From NCBI GenBank assembly GCA_045546995.1, contig JAZQDW010000067.1, positions 1,864 through 65,863 on the forward strand: a DNA stretch of 64,000 bases, read 5' to 3'. Shown in pieces: positions 47,719 to 54,860 of the stretch. The stretch is from Eubacteriales bacterium. GTDB lineage: Bacteria; Bacillota; Clostridia; Oscillospirales; QAKW01. A program made the position numbers and the translations under genes. How positions within the stretch are numbered: the first letter of the stretch is position 1; each line of letters opens with the position of its first letter. A model generated the notes under the pieces. That model ran no database searches, was not told where the DNA came from, and saw nothing but the letters and a program-made list of their open reading frames with translations.

Positions 47719-48675
47719 ATGACGTTTAAACAACAACCGATCTTTTTAGGCCCGATGGCGGGCAACGGCGATTACGCCTTTCGGCGGATCTGCAAGGAGG
47801 CGGGCGCCGATTTTGTAGTCACCGAAATGATCAGCGCAAAGGCCGTATTTTACCACGACAAAAAAACAAAGTTATTGGCTAACATACGGGCGGATGAGCG
47901 ACCCTGTTTTTTACAGTTGTTCGGCTCGGAGGAACAATGTCTGGACTACGCCGTTAAGGAGCTGGAGGAGGAATTTTCTCCCGAAGGCTTTGACATCAAT
48001 ATGGGTTGCCCTGCCCCCAAGATCTTCAACAACGGTGAGGGCAGTGCCCTATTGCAGGATCTGCGCAAGGCAGAACGAGTGCTGGGCGCCGTGCGGCGCG
48101 CCACAAAGTTGCCCGTAAGCGTCAAAATGCGGCTGGGCGTGGCAACGGGAGATTACGTTGCCGTGGAGGCAGCAAAGTGCTTTGAGGCGGCCGGCGCGGA
48201 TTTTTTGGCCGTACACGGCCGTTACAGAGAGCAATATTACAGCGGCAAAGCGGATTGGAACAAAATCGCCCCCGTCAAGGCCGCCGTCAACATCCCCGTC
48301 ATTGCCAACGGCGATATTACCACGGTGCAAGACTATCGGGACGTTTTGAAGGTCACCGGTGCCGACGGCATTATGGTGGCAAGAGGCGCGTTGGGCGACC
48401 CCCATTTATTCACCCGTCTTGCCGCCTGGAGAGACAGCGGCGCCGTGCTTGCCCCCCAACCCCTTGCCCAACGGCTGGAGACCGCCCTGCAGCAGTTGGA
48501 TCTGGCCATTGCCGACAAGGGCGAAAAGGCGGCTGTTTTGGAAATGCGTAAGCATCTTTTATGGTACGTTAAAGGCGTCCGCGGCGCCGCCGCTTATAAA
48601 AACCGATGCTGTAAGGTCACCACGCGGGCTGAATGCGTGGCGTTATTGACCCAAATTGCAGAGAACAACAAATAA
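47719..48675 (+). CDS. dusB: tRNA-dihydrouridine synthase
   Basis: LGPMAG...FDINMGCPAPK catalytic Cys region. Confidence 0.9.
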   Translation: MTFKQQPIFLGPMAGNGDYAFRRICKEAGADFVVTEMISAKAVFYHDKKTKLLANIRADERPCFLQLFGSEEQCLDYAVKELEEEFSPEGFDINMGCPAPKIFNNGEGSALLQDLRKAERVLGAVRRATKLPVSVKMRLGVATGDYVAVEAAKCFEAAGADFLAVHGRYREQYYSGKADWNKIAPVKAAVNIPVIANGDITTVQDYRDVLKVTGADGIMVARGALGDPHLFTRLAAWRDSGAVLAPQPLAQRLETALQQLDLAIADKGEKAAVLEMRKHLLWYVKGVRGAAAYKNRCCKVTTRAECVALLTQIAENNK

Positions 48676-48676
48676 A

Positions 48677-48722
48677 GCAGGCTGTCAAAGTGGTGAAACG
48701 ACTTTTTGACAGCCCGCTTTTT
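48677..48722. terminator. bidirectional terminator (dusB / cupin gene)
   Basis: GGCTGTCAAA/TTTGACAGCC stem followed by a T-run. Confidence 0.65.
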
Positions 48723-49122
48723 ATTTACATAGAGCGACGATCTGCGCCTTTTGCTCCTCGGTAAGATCCACAATGGGAGAATTGGACAGGCCCGTTTCAA
48801 TATTTTCTACCACCACGACGGCGGTGCCGGGCTCCAGAATATGGGTGTGCCACACGCCTTTTTTGACGTTGTAATATTGCAATGGCTCCATAGACACGCC
48901 GTGGATCTCCCCCGGAGCATCCCCGTCCCCTGCTTCAATCAACGTACATTTGCCCTGCAGCAGAATAAATACCTCGTCGGTCAGCGTATGCTTTTGCAGG
49001 TAGGAAACGCCGTCCGGGGAAGTTTTGTAGCTATCCTTTAAGATGGCGGCGGTCCAGCCACCGAATTCCACCAAACGCTTGTACCCCTCTCCCGGATGGG
49101 AAACGATCTCGATCATTGCCAT
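48721..49122 (-). CDS. cupin domain protein (133 aa)
   Basis: ATG 49122 after AAGGAGGG. Beta-rich cupin-like sequence with HTH...E. The track ORF extension to 49431 is unsupported. Confidence 0.6.
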   Translation of the reverse strand: MAMIEIVSHPGEGYKRLVEFGGWTAAILKDSYKTSPDGVSYLQKHTLTDEVFILLQGKCTLIEAGDGDAPGEIHGVSMEPLQYYNVKKGVWHTHILEPGTAVVVVENIETGLSNSPIVDLTEEQKAQIVALCK

Positions 49123-49221
49123 ATTAAACCCTCCTTTTTTAATATTATACACAACGGAGGGAAGATTGACAAGTACCGCGGGATATGATATCATATTAAA
49201 GTTTTTAAAGGAGAGTGTAAA

Positions 49222-49827
49222 ATGAGCATTTTTGAGATACTGGTACTGGGCGTCGCCTTTTCCATGGACGCCTTTGCCGTAGCCATCTGCAAGGGTTTGT
49301 CCGTGCAAAAGATGAAACTGCAGCACGCACTGACCGTCGGCGCATACTTTGGTATTTTTCAGGGTGTGATGCCCGCCCTTGGCTATTTGATGGCATTTAA
49401 ATTTGAAAGAATGATCAATTCCTTTTCCCACTGGATCGCCTTTGTTCTATTGGCGTTAATCGGCGCCAATATGATCAAGGAGGCGCTGGACAAGGAGGAG
49501 GAGTGCTGTAACGCCTCCTTTGGCTTCCGCACCATGCTGCCGCTGGCCGTTGCCACCAGCATCGATGCATTGGTGGGCGGCGTTAGCTTCGCCTTTGCCG
49601 GGATGACCCCCGCTTTTTTATTGGTGGCCGTATCCACCATTGCGGTCATGACCTTCACCTTCTCCGCCATTGGTGTAAAGGTGGGCAATATGTTTGGCGC
49701 AAAATACAAAAACAAGGCCGAGCTGGCCGGCGGCATTGCGTTGATCGTTATCGGCATCAACGTGGTGCTCAACCGTTACGGCATCGGCAGTGATGCGCTG
49801 ATTGAATGGATTAAAGGATTGTTTTAA
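49222..49827 (+). CDS. mntP: manganese efflux pump MntP
   Basis: Duplicated DAFAVA / DALVGG motifs in a 6-TM protein. Confidence 0.85.
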   Translation: MSIFEILVLGVAFSMDAFAVAICKGLSVQKMKLQHALTVGAYFGIFQGVMPALGYLMAFKFERMINSFSHWIAFVLLALIGANMIKEALDKEEECCNASFGFRTMLPLAVATSIDALVGGVSFAFAGMTPAFLLVAVSTIAVMTFTFSAIGVKVGNMFGAKYKNKAELAGGIALIVIGINVVLNRYGIGSDALIEWIKGLF

Positions 49828-49828
49828 G

Positions 49829-50647
49829 ATGGAGCATTTTATTTGTCCGGTTTGCGGAGAAAACTTAACAGAGAGCGCACACGAGTTTCGTTGCGGCAAC
49901 AACCATTGCTTTGACCGGGCTAAAAGCGGATACGTAAATCTCCTGCGCAGTCAGGTCTCGGGCAAAAAGCGGCACGGCGACGACAAGCTGATGATTCGCG
50001 CCCGCACCGATTTTTTGGAAAAAGGATACTATCAACCGCTGTTGGACGGCATTTTGGAAATTTGTGACCGTCTACAGGACAGAAAGGTACATATCTGTGA
50101 CATTGGTTGCGGTGAAGGATGGTACACCGACGGTGTTTTCCGTCATCTGCGGACGCAGGACAAGGTGGTACAGATGGAGGGCATCGACATTTCCAAGGAT
50201 GCGCTGACCGCCGCCGCCAAACGCAACGAAAAGATCGGCTTTGCCGTGGCCAGCATTTCCGCCCTGCCCATTGCCGACGAAAGCGTAGATCTGCTGCTGA
50301 ATTTATTTGCGCCCTTTGACGAGGGCGAATATGCCCGTGTGCTGAAAAAGGGCGGCATCTGGCTGAAAGCCATTCCGTTGGAGCGACATCTGTTCGGTCT
50401 GAAGGCCGCCATCTATGAAAGGCCATATGAAAACGAGGTCAAAACAGAGGAGCATCCCGGCTTTACGTTAACAGAAACCAAGAAGATCCGCTATAGCATC
50501 ACCTTGAGCGGCGAGGACAAGGGTAATTTATTCCGTATGACCCCCTATTACTACAAAACCGGCAAAGAGGATCAGCAGAAACTGGAAAATGCGGAAAGTA
50601 TTACCACAGAGATCGAGTTTGCCCTGTTGTGCTATCAAAAGCAGTGA
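49829..50647 (+). CDS. SAM-dependent rRNA methyltransferase, RlmA(I)/RrmA-like
   Basis: N-terminal Zn ribbon CPVCGENL...CGNNHCFD and SAM motif DIGCGEGWY. Confidence 0.75.
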   Translation: MEHFICPVCGENLTESAHEFRCGNNHCFDRAKSGYVNLLRSQVSGKKRHGDDKLMIRARTDFLEKGYYQPLLDGILEICDRLQDRKVHICDIGCGEGWYTDGVFRHLRTQDKVVQMEGIDISKDALTAAAKRNEKIGFAVASISALPIADESVDLLLNLFAPFDEGEYARVLKKGGIWLKAIPLERHLFGLKAAIYERPYENEVKTEEHPGFTLTETKKIRYSITLSGEDKGNLFRMTPYYYKTGKEDQQKLENAESITTEIEFALLCYQKQ

Positions 50648-50676
50648 GGATATGCCGATAACAGAAGATACCACTT

Positions 50677-50708
50677 CCCCCTTATTCAAAATAAGGGGGC
50701 TCTTTTTT
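50677..50708 (+). terminator. intrinsic terminator
   Basis: CCCCCTTAT/ATAAGGGGG stem followed by a T-run. Confidence 0.75.
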
Positions 50709-50711
50709 GCT

Positions 50712-50782
50712 CAAAAACAGGGCGGGAGAAAATCTCCCGCCCCGTTTAAGTTTTTCTAAGTCAGAGAACCGTCCCCTGATTG
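50712..50782 (-). repeat. right copy of the nested inverted repeat (hairpin plus aaaacttaaac block plus REP-like core)
   Basis: Its reverse complement caatcaGGGGACGGTTCTctgacttagaaaaacttaaacggggcgggagattttctcccgccctgttttt aligns to 42573..42639. The 42-nt inner block has 2 mismatches. Confidence 0.8.
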
Positions 50783-51306
50783 CCCTTGATCAACTGTTGA
50801 ATTATAGTTTCCTCTTGTGATCCCATAGATAACTGCGTAATATCTTTTATACTAATATAACTCTTGCCGTCTTCGTTTCCATCAACATCAAATTGTTTTA
50901 TAACACAGATATCATGTAGTACAGAATCGACTTTACCAATAACATCCCATTCGCCACTGCTAAGCAATTCCAAAGATACAAGTTGTTTTTTATTTTGAGC
51001 AAAATTCAACAACGACATTAAAGCATTTTCTTGAAATTCTATATCAATCTCAGGCAAAGCTTTTGTTTGCATCAATTTCTGCATTCGTTGATTGTAACAA
51101 CTATCAAGTTCTATACGAAAAACATCTCCAACACTTTTGAGCATAATGCCATCATAATTTCCGTCCGGTAGCAGAAGATACATAACAAACCACTCTGCAT
51201 CTACATACAGCACTTTGCCAAATAAAAATTTGGAGGTGTTATACCCGTTTGTGTATACCGAAGCAAAAATGTTTTTATCACGAATCTCTTTTAAAGTAAT
51301 CAACAT
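50761..51306 (-). CDS. hypothetical cytoplasmic protein (181 aa), possible orphan immunity protein
   Basis: AAGGAGA SD 7 nt upstream. AT-rich. The last 7 codons and the stop lie in a REP-like element. Confidence 0.6.
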   Translation of the reverse strand: MLITLKEIRDKNIFASVYTNGYNTSKFLFGKVLYVDAEWFVMYLLLPDGNYDGIMLKSVGDVFRIELDSCYNQRMQKLMQTKALPEIDIEFQENALMSLLNFAQNKKQLVSLELLSSGEWDVIGKVDSVLHDICVIKQFDVDGNEDGKSYISIKDITQLSMGSQEETIIQQLIKGNQGTVL

Positions 51307-51340
51307 ATCTTATTCTCCTTATGTAGTAATAATTTTCTGC

Positions 51341-51400
51341 GCAAGGGACAAGGGAGGGACAAGAGGACAGAGGGACAAGGGGACGGTTCTCTTGTCCCCC
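51341..51400 (+). repeat. REP-like element (version 1) with an iterated GGGACAAG 5' arm
   Basis: gcaagggacaagggagggacaagaggacagagggacaagGGGACGGTTCTcttgtccccc. Confidence 0.8.
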
Positions 51401-51513
51401 TGGCCAAAATTACTTTACACGGTTAAGTTTATACAATATCCTTTTCCCCAAGTTCCTATCAAAAGTTTGGTATCATGATCATAAAACTCGGCAAAACAGC
51501 CGTGATCTATCTC

Positions 51514-51545
51514 GGGGAGACAAGGGGACGGTTCTCTTGTCTCCT
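51514..51545 (+). repeat. REP-like element (version 1)
   Basis: ggggagacaagGGGACGGTTCTcttgtctcc followed by T7. Lies 5 nt from the RAYT-like gene 2 stop. Confidence 0.85.
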
Positions 51546-51549
51546 TTTT

Positions 51550-52293
51550 TTAAATGTTTGATTCTACAATTTTCTTAGAAATACCAGTTAATCGAGCAAT
51601 TTGCCTTATCGATAAACCTTTGTTATGCAATTTGCTAATATAGAAATTACGTTTTTCTTTATCAAGTTTTTGAAAATCTGCTGCTGTCTTACATTTTGTG
51701 CTTTTCAATATAATCGTTTTTGCTTCAGCATCTGTCAAGCGATAATGTTCATCCATTTCTAAACAATTATCCGCATTTTCTTCTCTGTGATACTCAATAA
51801 ATTGATCCTTCGTAATCATCGAAAGAGCAAAACTTGTATCAACAAAAACCGGAGTTCCTAAATATTCTTTTATGCTACTGTTGGCGTATTCCTCTGCCTT
51901 TATGCATATCCCTGCCTTCACAGGATTCTGATGAATATACCGCAACACCGTGAGAAAATAGCTATCATCCTCAACAGGTTCACTCTTGAATCGATCCTGA
52001 AACAAATGTCCACAGCGGTGATATTTCCAGTTATACCAATAAACATAACTCCCGGCAATTCGTTTAAATATGGCGCTTAATTCTTCTGCGCCTTCTCGCA
52101 ACAGAATATGTATATGATTCCCCATCAAGCAATACGCATATACTGTATATCCGCATAATTCCTTATATAGGGCAAGTGTTTCAACAAATCTTTGACAATC
52201 TTCTCCATCCTCAAATATCTGTTGACGATTGATTCCTCTCAATATTATGTGGTATATTCCACTATCGCTCTTTTTTCGTGCTTGACGTGGCAT
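51550..52293 (-). CDS. RAYT-type (IS200-like Y1/HUH) transposase-like protein with C-terminal HTH, diverged paralog
   Basis: NHIHILL, LRYIHQNP, GHLFQDRFKS, GLSIRQIARLTGIS. N-terminal domain about 64% identical to the 40413..41159 product by hand alignment, C-terminal part lower. Confidence 0.8.
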   Translation of the reverse strand: MPRQARKKSDSGIYHIILRGINRQQIFEDGEDCQRFVETLALYKELCGYTVYAYCLMGNHIHILLREGAEELSAIFKRIAGSYVYWYNWKYHRCGHLFQDRFKSEPVEDDSYFLTVLRYIHQNPVKAGICIKAEEYANSSIKEYLGTPVFVDTSFALSMITKDQFIEYHREENADNCLEMDEHYRLTDAEAKTIILKSTKCKTAADFQKLDKEKRNFYISKLHNKGLSIRQIARLTGISKKIVESNI

Positions 52294-52310
52294 AACTATC
52301 ACCCAATTTG

Positions 52311-52339
52311 ATAATACATCATCATCTATTTTTTGTCAA
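52311..52339 (-). promoter_or_regulatory. candidate promoter of the RAYT-like gene 2
   Basis: On the minus strand: TTGACA, 17-nt spacer, TATTAT. The -35 directly follows a REP hairpin plus T5. Confidence 0.55.
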
Positions 52340-52345
52340 GAAAAA

Positions 52346-52435
52346 GGGGACAAGAGAACCGTCCCCTTGTCTCCCAGAGAACCGTCCCCTTGTCTCCCGA
52401 GAAAAAGGGGACAAGAGAACCGTCCCCTTGTCTCC
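52346..52435 (-). repeat. three REP-like elements (version 1) in inverted orientation
   Basis: Complement cores AGAACCGTCCCC at 52355, 52378 and 52416. On the minus strand two of them read as hairpin plus T5. Confidence 0.85.
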
Positions 52436-52662
52436 TAAATATAATAGTCCCCTTGCGTTGTTTTGACAATCAATCGGGAATCTGTTGTGAATTTAGCAAC
52501 GCTCGGTTGCACCATATCGGAGAAACGCGAAACGTGCTCTCCCGTTTTTTTGTCATATAAATTCGCGCTGCCGCCGCAACAACAAAAATATTTCTCATTA
52601 TGCGCGATGTGATATGATTTCTTGAAAGTAAATAGAATCTCTTTTTTATCAATCACTTTCAT
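52435..52662 (-). CDS. 75-aa ORF, probably a truncated gene remnant
   Basis: AAGGAGG upstream (a GTG at 52656 is better spaced). The ORF ends exactly at the REP cluster boundary. No motif recognised. Confidence 0.35.
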   Translation of the reverse strand: MKVIDKKEILFTFKKSYHIAHNEKYFCCCGGSANLYDKKTGEHVSRFSDMVQPSVAKFTTDSRLIVKTTQGDYYI

Positions 52663-52711
52663 TCCCTCCTTACCATAATCCGCCCATTTGTATATCCCAT
52701 TTTACAAATCA

Positions 52712-52723
52712 TGGGACGGTTCC
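52712..52723 (+). repeat. degenerate REP-like core
   Basis: tGGGACGGTTCC followed by ctgattg (compare 50777..50783). Confidence 0.5.
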
Positions 52724-52737
52724 CTGATTGACTCCTG

Positions 52738-53079
52738 CTATGTCTTTTCGTTTTGACTTGACCATCCGCATTGATCACAACAAATCACATTGTTTCGCAT
52801 GGTGACAGTACCAAATAAAATGCGCGTCGTTCCCAAAGTAACACGTTCCTTTTGTGGGTCAGCCAAATGTTTGTGCCATACTTTATGCGTTTTGGCACCG
52901 CAATTCGGACAAACTTTAAATCGACGTTCAAAAAGTATATGTTGAACAAAGATCGTAATTGCAATCATCACAAATAAAACTCCAGCCGCAATGATGGATG
53001 CTTTAAGTCCGAAAACTTGTTTAATAATGCCCAAAATCACGAACATAAATAATGGAAATAGTAGTTTGTTGTTCTTCAT
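52738..53079 (-). CDS. small membrane protein with C-terminal zinc ribbon (113 aa)
   Basis: Two hydrophobic helices then CPNCG...CDQCG. AT-rich. Confidence 0.55.
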   Translation of the reverse strand: MKNNKLLFPLFMFVILGIIKQVFGLKASIIAAGVLFVMIAITIFVQHILFERRFKVCPNCGAKTHKVWHKHLADPQKERVTLGTTRILFGTVTMRNNVICCDQCGWSSQNEKT

Positions 53080-53088
53080 TGGAAACTA

Positions 53089-53388
53089 TCACTCCTCAGA
53101 TTCTATGTTCTTCTTTTGCCAGCGTATAAGTGCATAACTCATAGAAAGAAAGCAGAAATATGTTGTAATCATGAATACGATGGGCATCTCCGGAAATCGG
53201 TGATTTAAAATTGCATGTACGATTATTGCGGGAATCATATGTAAAAAAGTATAACCAATAGATCCCCACCATAGTTTAAAACTTTTATGGGGATAATATA
53301 TATAATTGTACAGCCAAACAAAAAGACTAAAAATATGAATAATTGGTATCCACATAATTTTCTTTTGCGTACTAATCGAAATTTTCAT
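53089..53388 (-). CDS. small polytopic membrane protein (99 aa)
   Basis: ATG 53388 after GAGGAGAAAAG. The track N-extension is a translated REP element. Confidence 0.55.
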   Translation of the reverse strand: MKISISTQKKIMWIPIIHIFSLFVWLYNYIYYPHKSFKLWWGSIGYTFLHMIPAIIVHAILNHRFPEMPIVFMITTYFCFLSMSYALIRWQKKNIESEE

Positions 53389-53402
53389 TTCTTTTCTCCT
53401 CA

Positions 53403-53429
53403 GAGACAAGGGGACGGTTCTCTTGTCCC
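53403..53429 (+). repeat. REP-like element (version 1) between the right leader and the first gene
   Basis: gagacaagGGGACGGTTCTcttgtccc. Confidence 0.85.
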
Positions 53430-53440
53430 ATAATAAAAAC

Positions 53441-53668
53441 AATATGTAAAAAGCGCAAGGGTGGCTACAGCCCCTTGCGCTTTGGCTTGTTTGGTTCTAC
53501 CGGTGGAAAGAAAAATGAGCCGCACGAAAGGAACTGCAACCGATCACGGAACAGTCTATTGCCATGAGACCCACCTCTTTCATAGATTTCTGTAATTTTA
53601 TTTTACCATATTTCACCAACCTATACAATATGAAAAAGTATACAAAAAAGACATTTTGAAATTGTGCA
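53441..53668 (-). repeat. leader module, right copy of the ~229-bp inverted repeat
   Basis: See 32522..32750. Promoter equivalents at 53600..53628, terminator at 53448..53480. Confidence 0.9.
53497..53565 (-). CDS. 22-aa small ORF MAIDCSVIGCSSFRAAHFSFHR (second copy)
   Basis: Same SD and spacing as the left copy. One amino-acid difference (V2A). Confidence 0.4.
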   Translation of the reverse strand: MAIDCSVIGCSSFRAAHFSFHR

Positions 53669-53770
53669 CTATTGCACGGTTGTTTTGGCACAGAACAACG
53701 AAAAATGATGACGTTGCGCCAGATGTATATCCTCGCCGTTTTTGCGCAAACTAACTTACGGGGTGAAAAA

Positions 53771-54205
53771 ATGAAAGCTATCAACGATGAAGCAATGCTG
53801 CAATATATCAACAAGGCCGGCGAAACCGGTGTGCGCAGTATCCGCAACGTGTTGAATATTGCCAAGGGAGAGGGGTTGCGGCGACAGCTCAAAGAGCAAC
53901 AAATCGAGTACGGCGAGATCTACGCCCAAAGCCGGCAAATGCTCCGACGAAAAGGACGGGAGCCGAGTCATCTGAGCCGACGGGCAAAGTTGAATCTGAA
54001 AATGGGCGTTGCCATGGGCACGATGACCAACCGTTCCCCTTCCAAAATTGCCGAAATGATGATCCGGGGCAACACGATGGGGCTGACCAAAAGCATTCAG
54101 ACCCTGAATCATTATAATGGCAACAGCGAGAGCGTGCGAGCATTGGCCGTCAAGCTGTTGCGCACCGAGCAGGCCAACATTGATGCACTGAAATCCTTTT
54201 TGTGA
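53771..54205 (+). CDS. hypothetical helical protein (144 aa)
   Basis: ATG after GGGGTGA. No family assigned. Confidence 0.5.
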   Translation: MKAINDEAMLQYINKAGETGVRSIRNVLNIAKGEGLRRQLKEQQIEYGEIYAQSRQMLRRKGREPSHLSRRAKLNLKMGVAMGTMTNRSPSKIAEMMIRGNTMGLTKSIQTLNHYNGNSESVRALAVKLLRTEQANIDALKSFL

Positions 54206-54235
54206 TTGACGGCAACCGCCTTTTAAGCTATAATA

Positions 54236-54267
54236 AATACTGCGGGCGACCGCAGTATTTATTTTTT
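54236..54267 (+). terminator. intrinsic terminator
   Basis: AATACTGCGG/CCGCAGTATT stem followed by a T-run. Confidence 0.75.
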
Positions 54268-54280
54268 GAGGTGGCAAGAC

Positions 54281-54823
54281 ATGGCGCATCCGTTAAAGCA
54301 TTTTGCCGTCATCACCCGACATCGGCACAAGGTGATGGCGCATTGTTGGAAGGCAGGCATTTTCTGGCAAGGGCTGGGACACGATCTGTCCAAATACGCA
54401 CCGGTGGAGTTTATTCCCGGCGCCAGATATTATCAGGGCAGCCGTTCGCCCAACGAAAAAGAACGGGAACTGTTTGGCTACAGCCGCGCCTGGATGCACC
54501 ACAAGGGCCGCAACCGCCATCATTTTGAATACTGGACCGACTATAATCCCAAAACACGCACCATGGAGCCGGTGGAAATGCCCGACCGTTTTATCATCGA
54601 AATGTTTTGTGATCGGGTGGCCGCCAGCAAGATCTACGGCGGCAAAAAATATACCGACGATTACGCCCTGAACTATTATCTGCGGGGCTGTGATACCCGC
54701 CGCATCCATCCAAACACCGCCACAAAGCTGGAATTTTTATTGCGGCATCTGGCAGAAAAGGGAGAAAAGGCCACCTTTGCTCTGATCCGAAAAGCAAGAA
54801 AAACGGGCCTGCCCCAAAAATGA
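54281..54823 (+). CDS. DUF5662-like protein (His-rich, HD-like?)
   Basis: HFAVITRHRHKVM...LGHDLSKY...WMHHKGRNRHHFEYW. Family name from memory. Confidence 0.5.
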   Translation: MAHPLKHFAVITRHRHKVMAHCWKAGIFWQGLGHDLSKYAPVEFIPGARYYQGSRSPNEKERELFGYSRAWMHHKGRNRHHFEYWTDYNPKTRTMEPVEMPDRFIIEMFCDRVAASKIYGGKKYTDDYALNYYLRGCDTRRIHPNTATKLEFLLRHLAEKGEKATFALIRKARKTGLPQK

Positions 54824-54828
54824 TAGAA

Positions 54829-54857
54829 CAACGCCCCTGCTGTTGCAGGGGCGTTTG
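54829..54857. terminator. bidirectional terminator
   Basis: AACGCCCCTGC/GCAGGGGCGTT stem. Confidence 0.7.
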
Positions 54858-54860
54858 ATA

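Noticed and set aside
49123-49221. yybP-ykoY manganese riboswitch upstream of mntP.
   Set aside because: The gap is under 100 nt and is taken up by a plausible promoter (TTGACA...TATCAT) and the SD. No riboswitch-like conserved helices were seen.
32488-53770. The 21-kb block considered as a prophage, integrative element or classical genomic island.
   Set aside because: It has no integrase, no phage or conjugation genes, and no direct-repeat att sites. Its middle 8 kb is ordinary housekeeping DNA. The structure is better described as two facing toxin/immunity arms.
53497-53892. 131-aa ORF covering the right leader copy.
   Set aside because: Only its last 22 codons are shared with the left copy and preceded by an SD. 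The remainder crosses the promoter and is antisense to the start of the 53771 gene.
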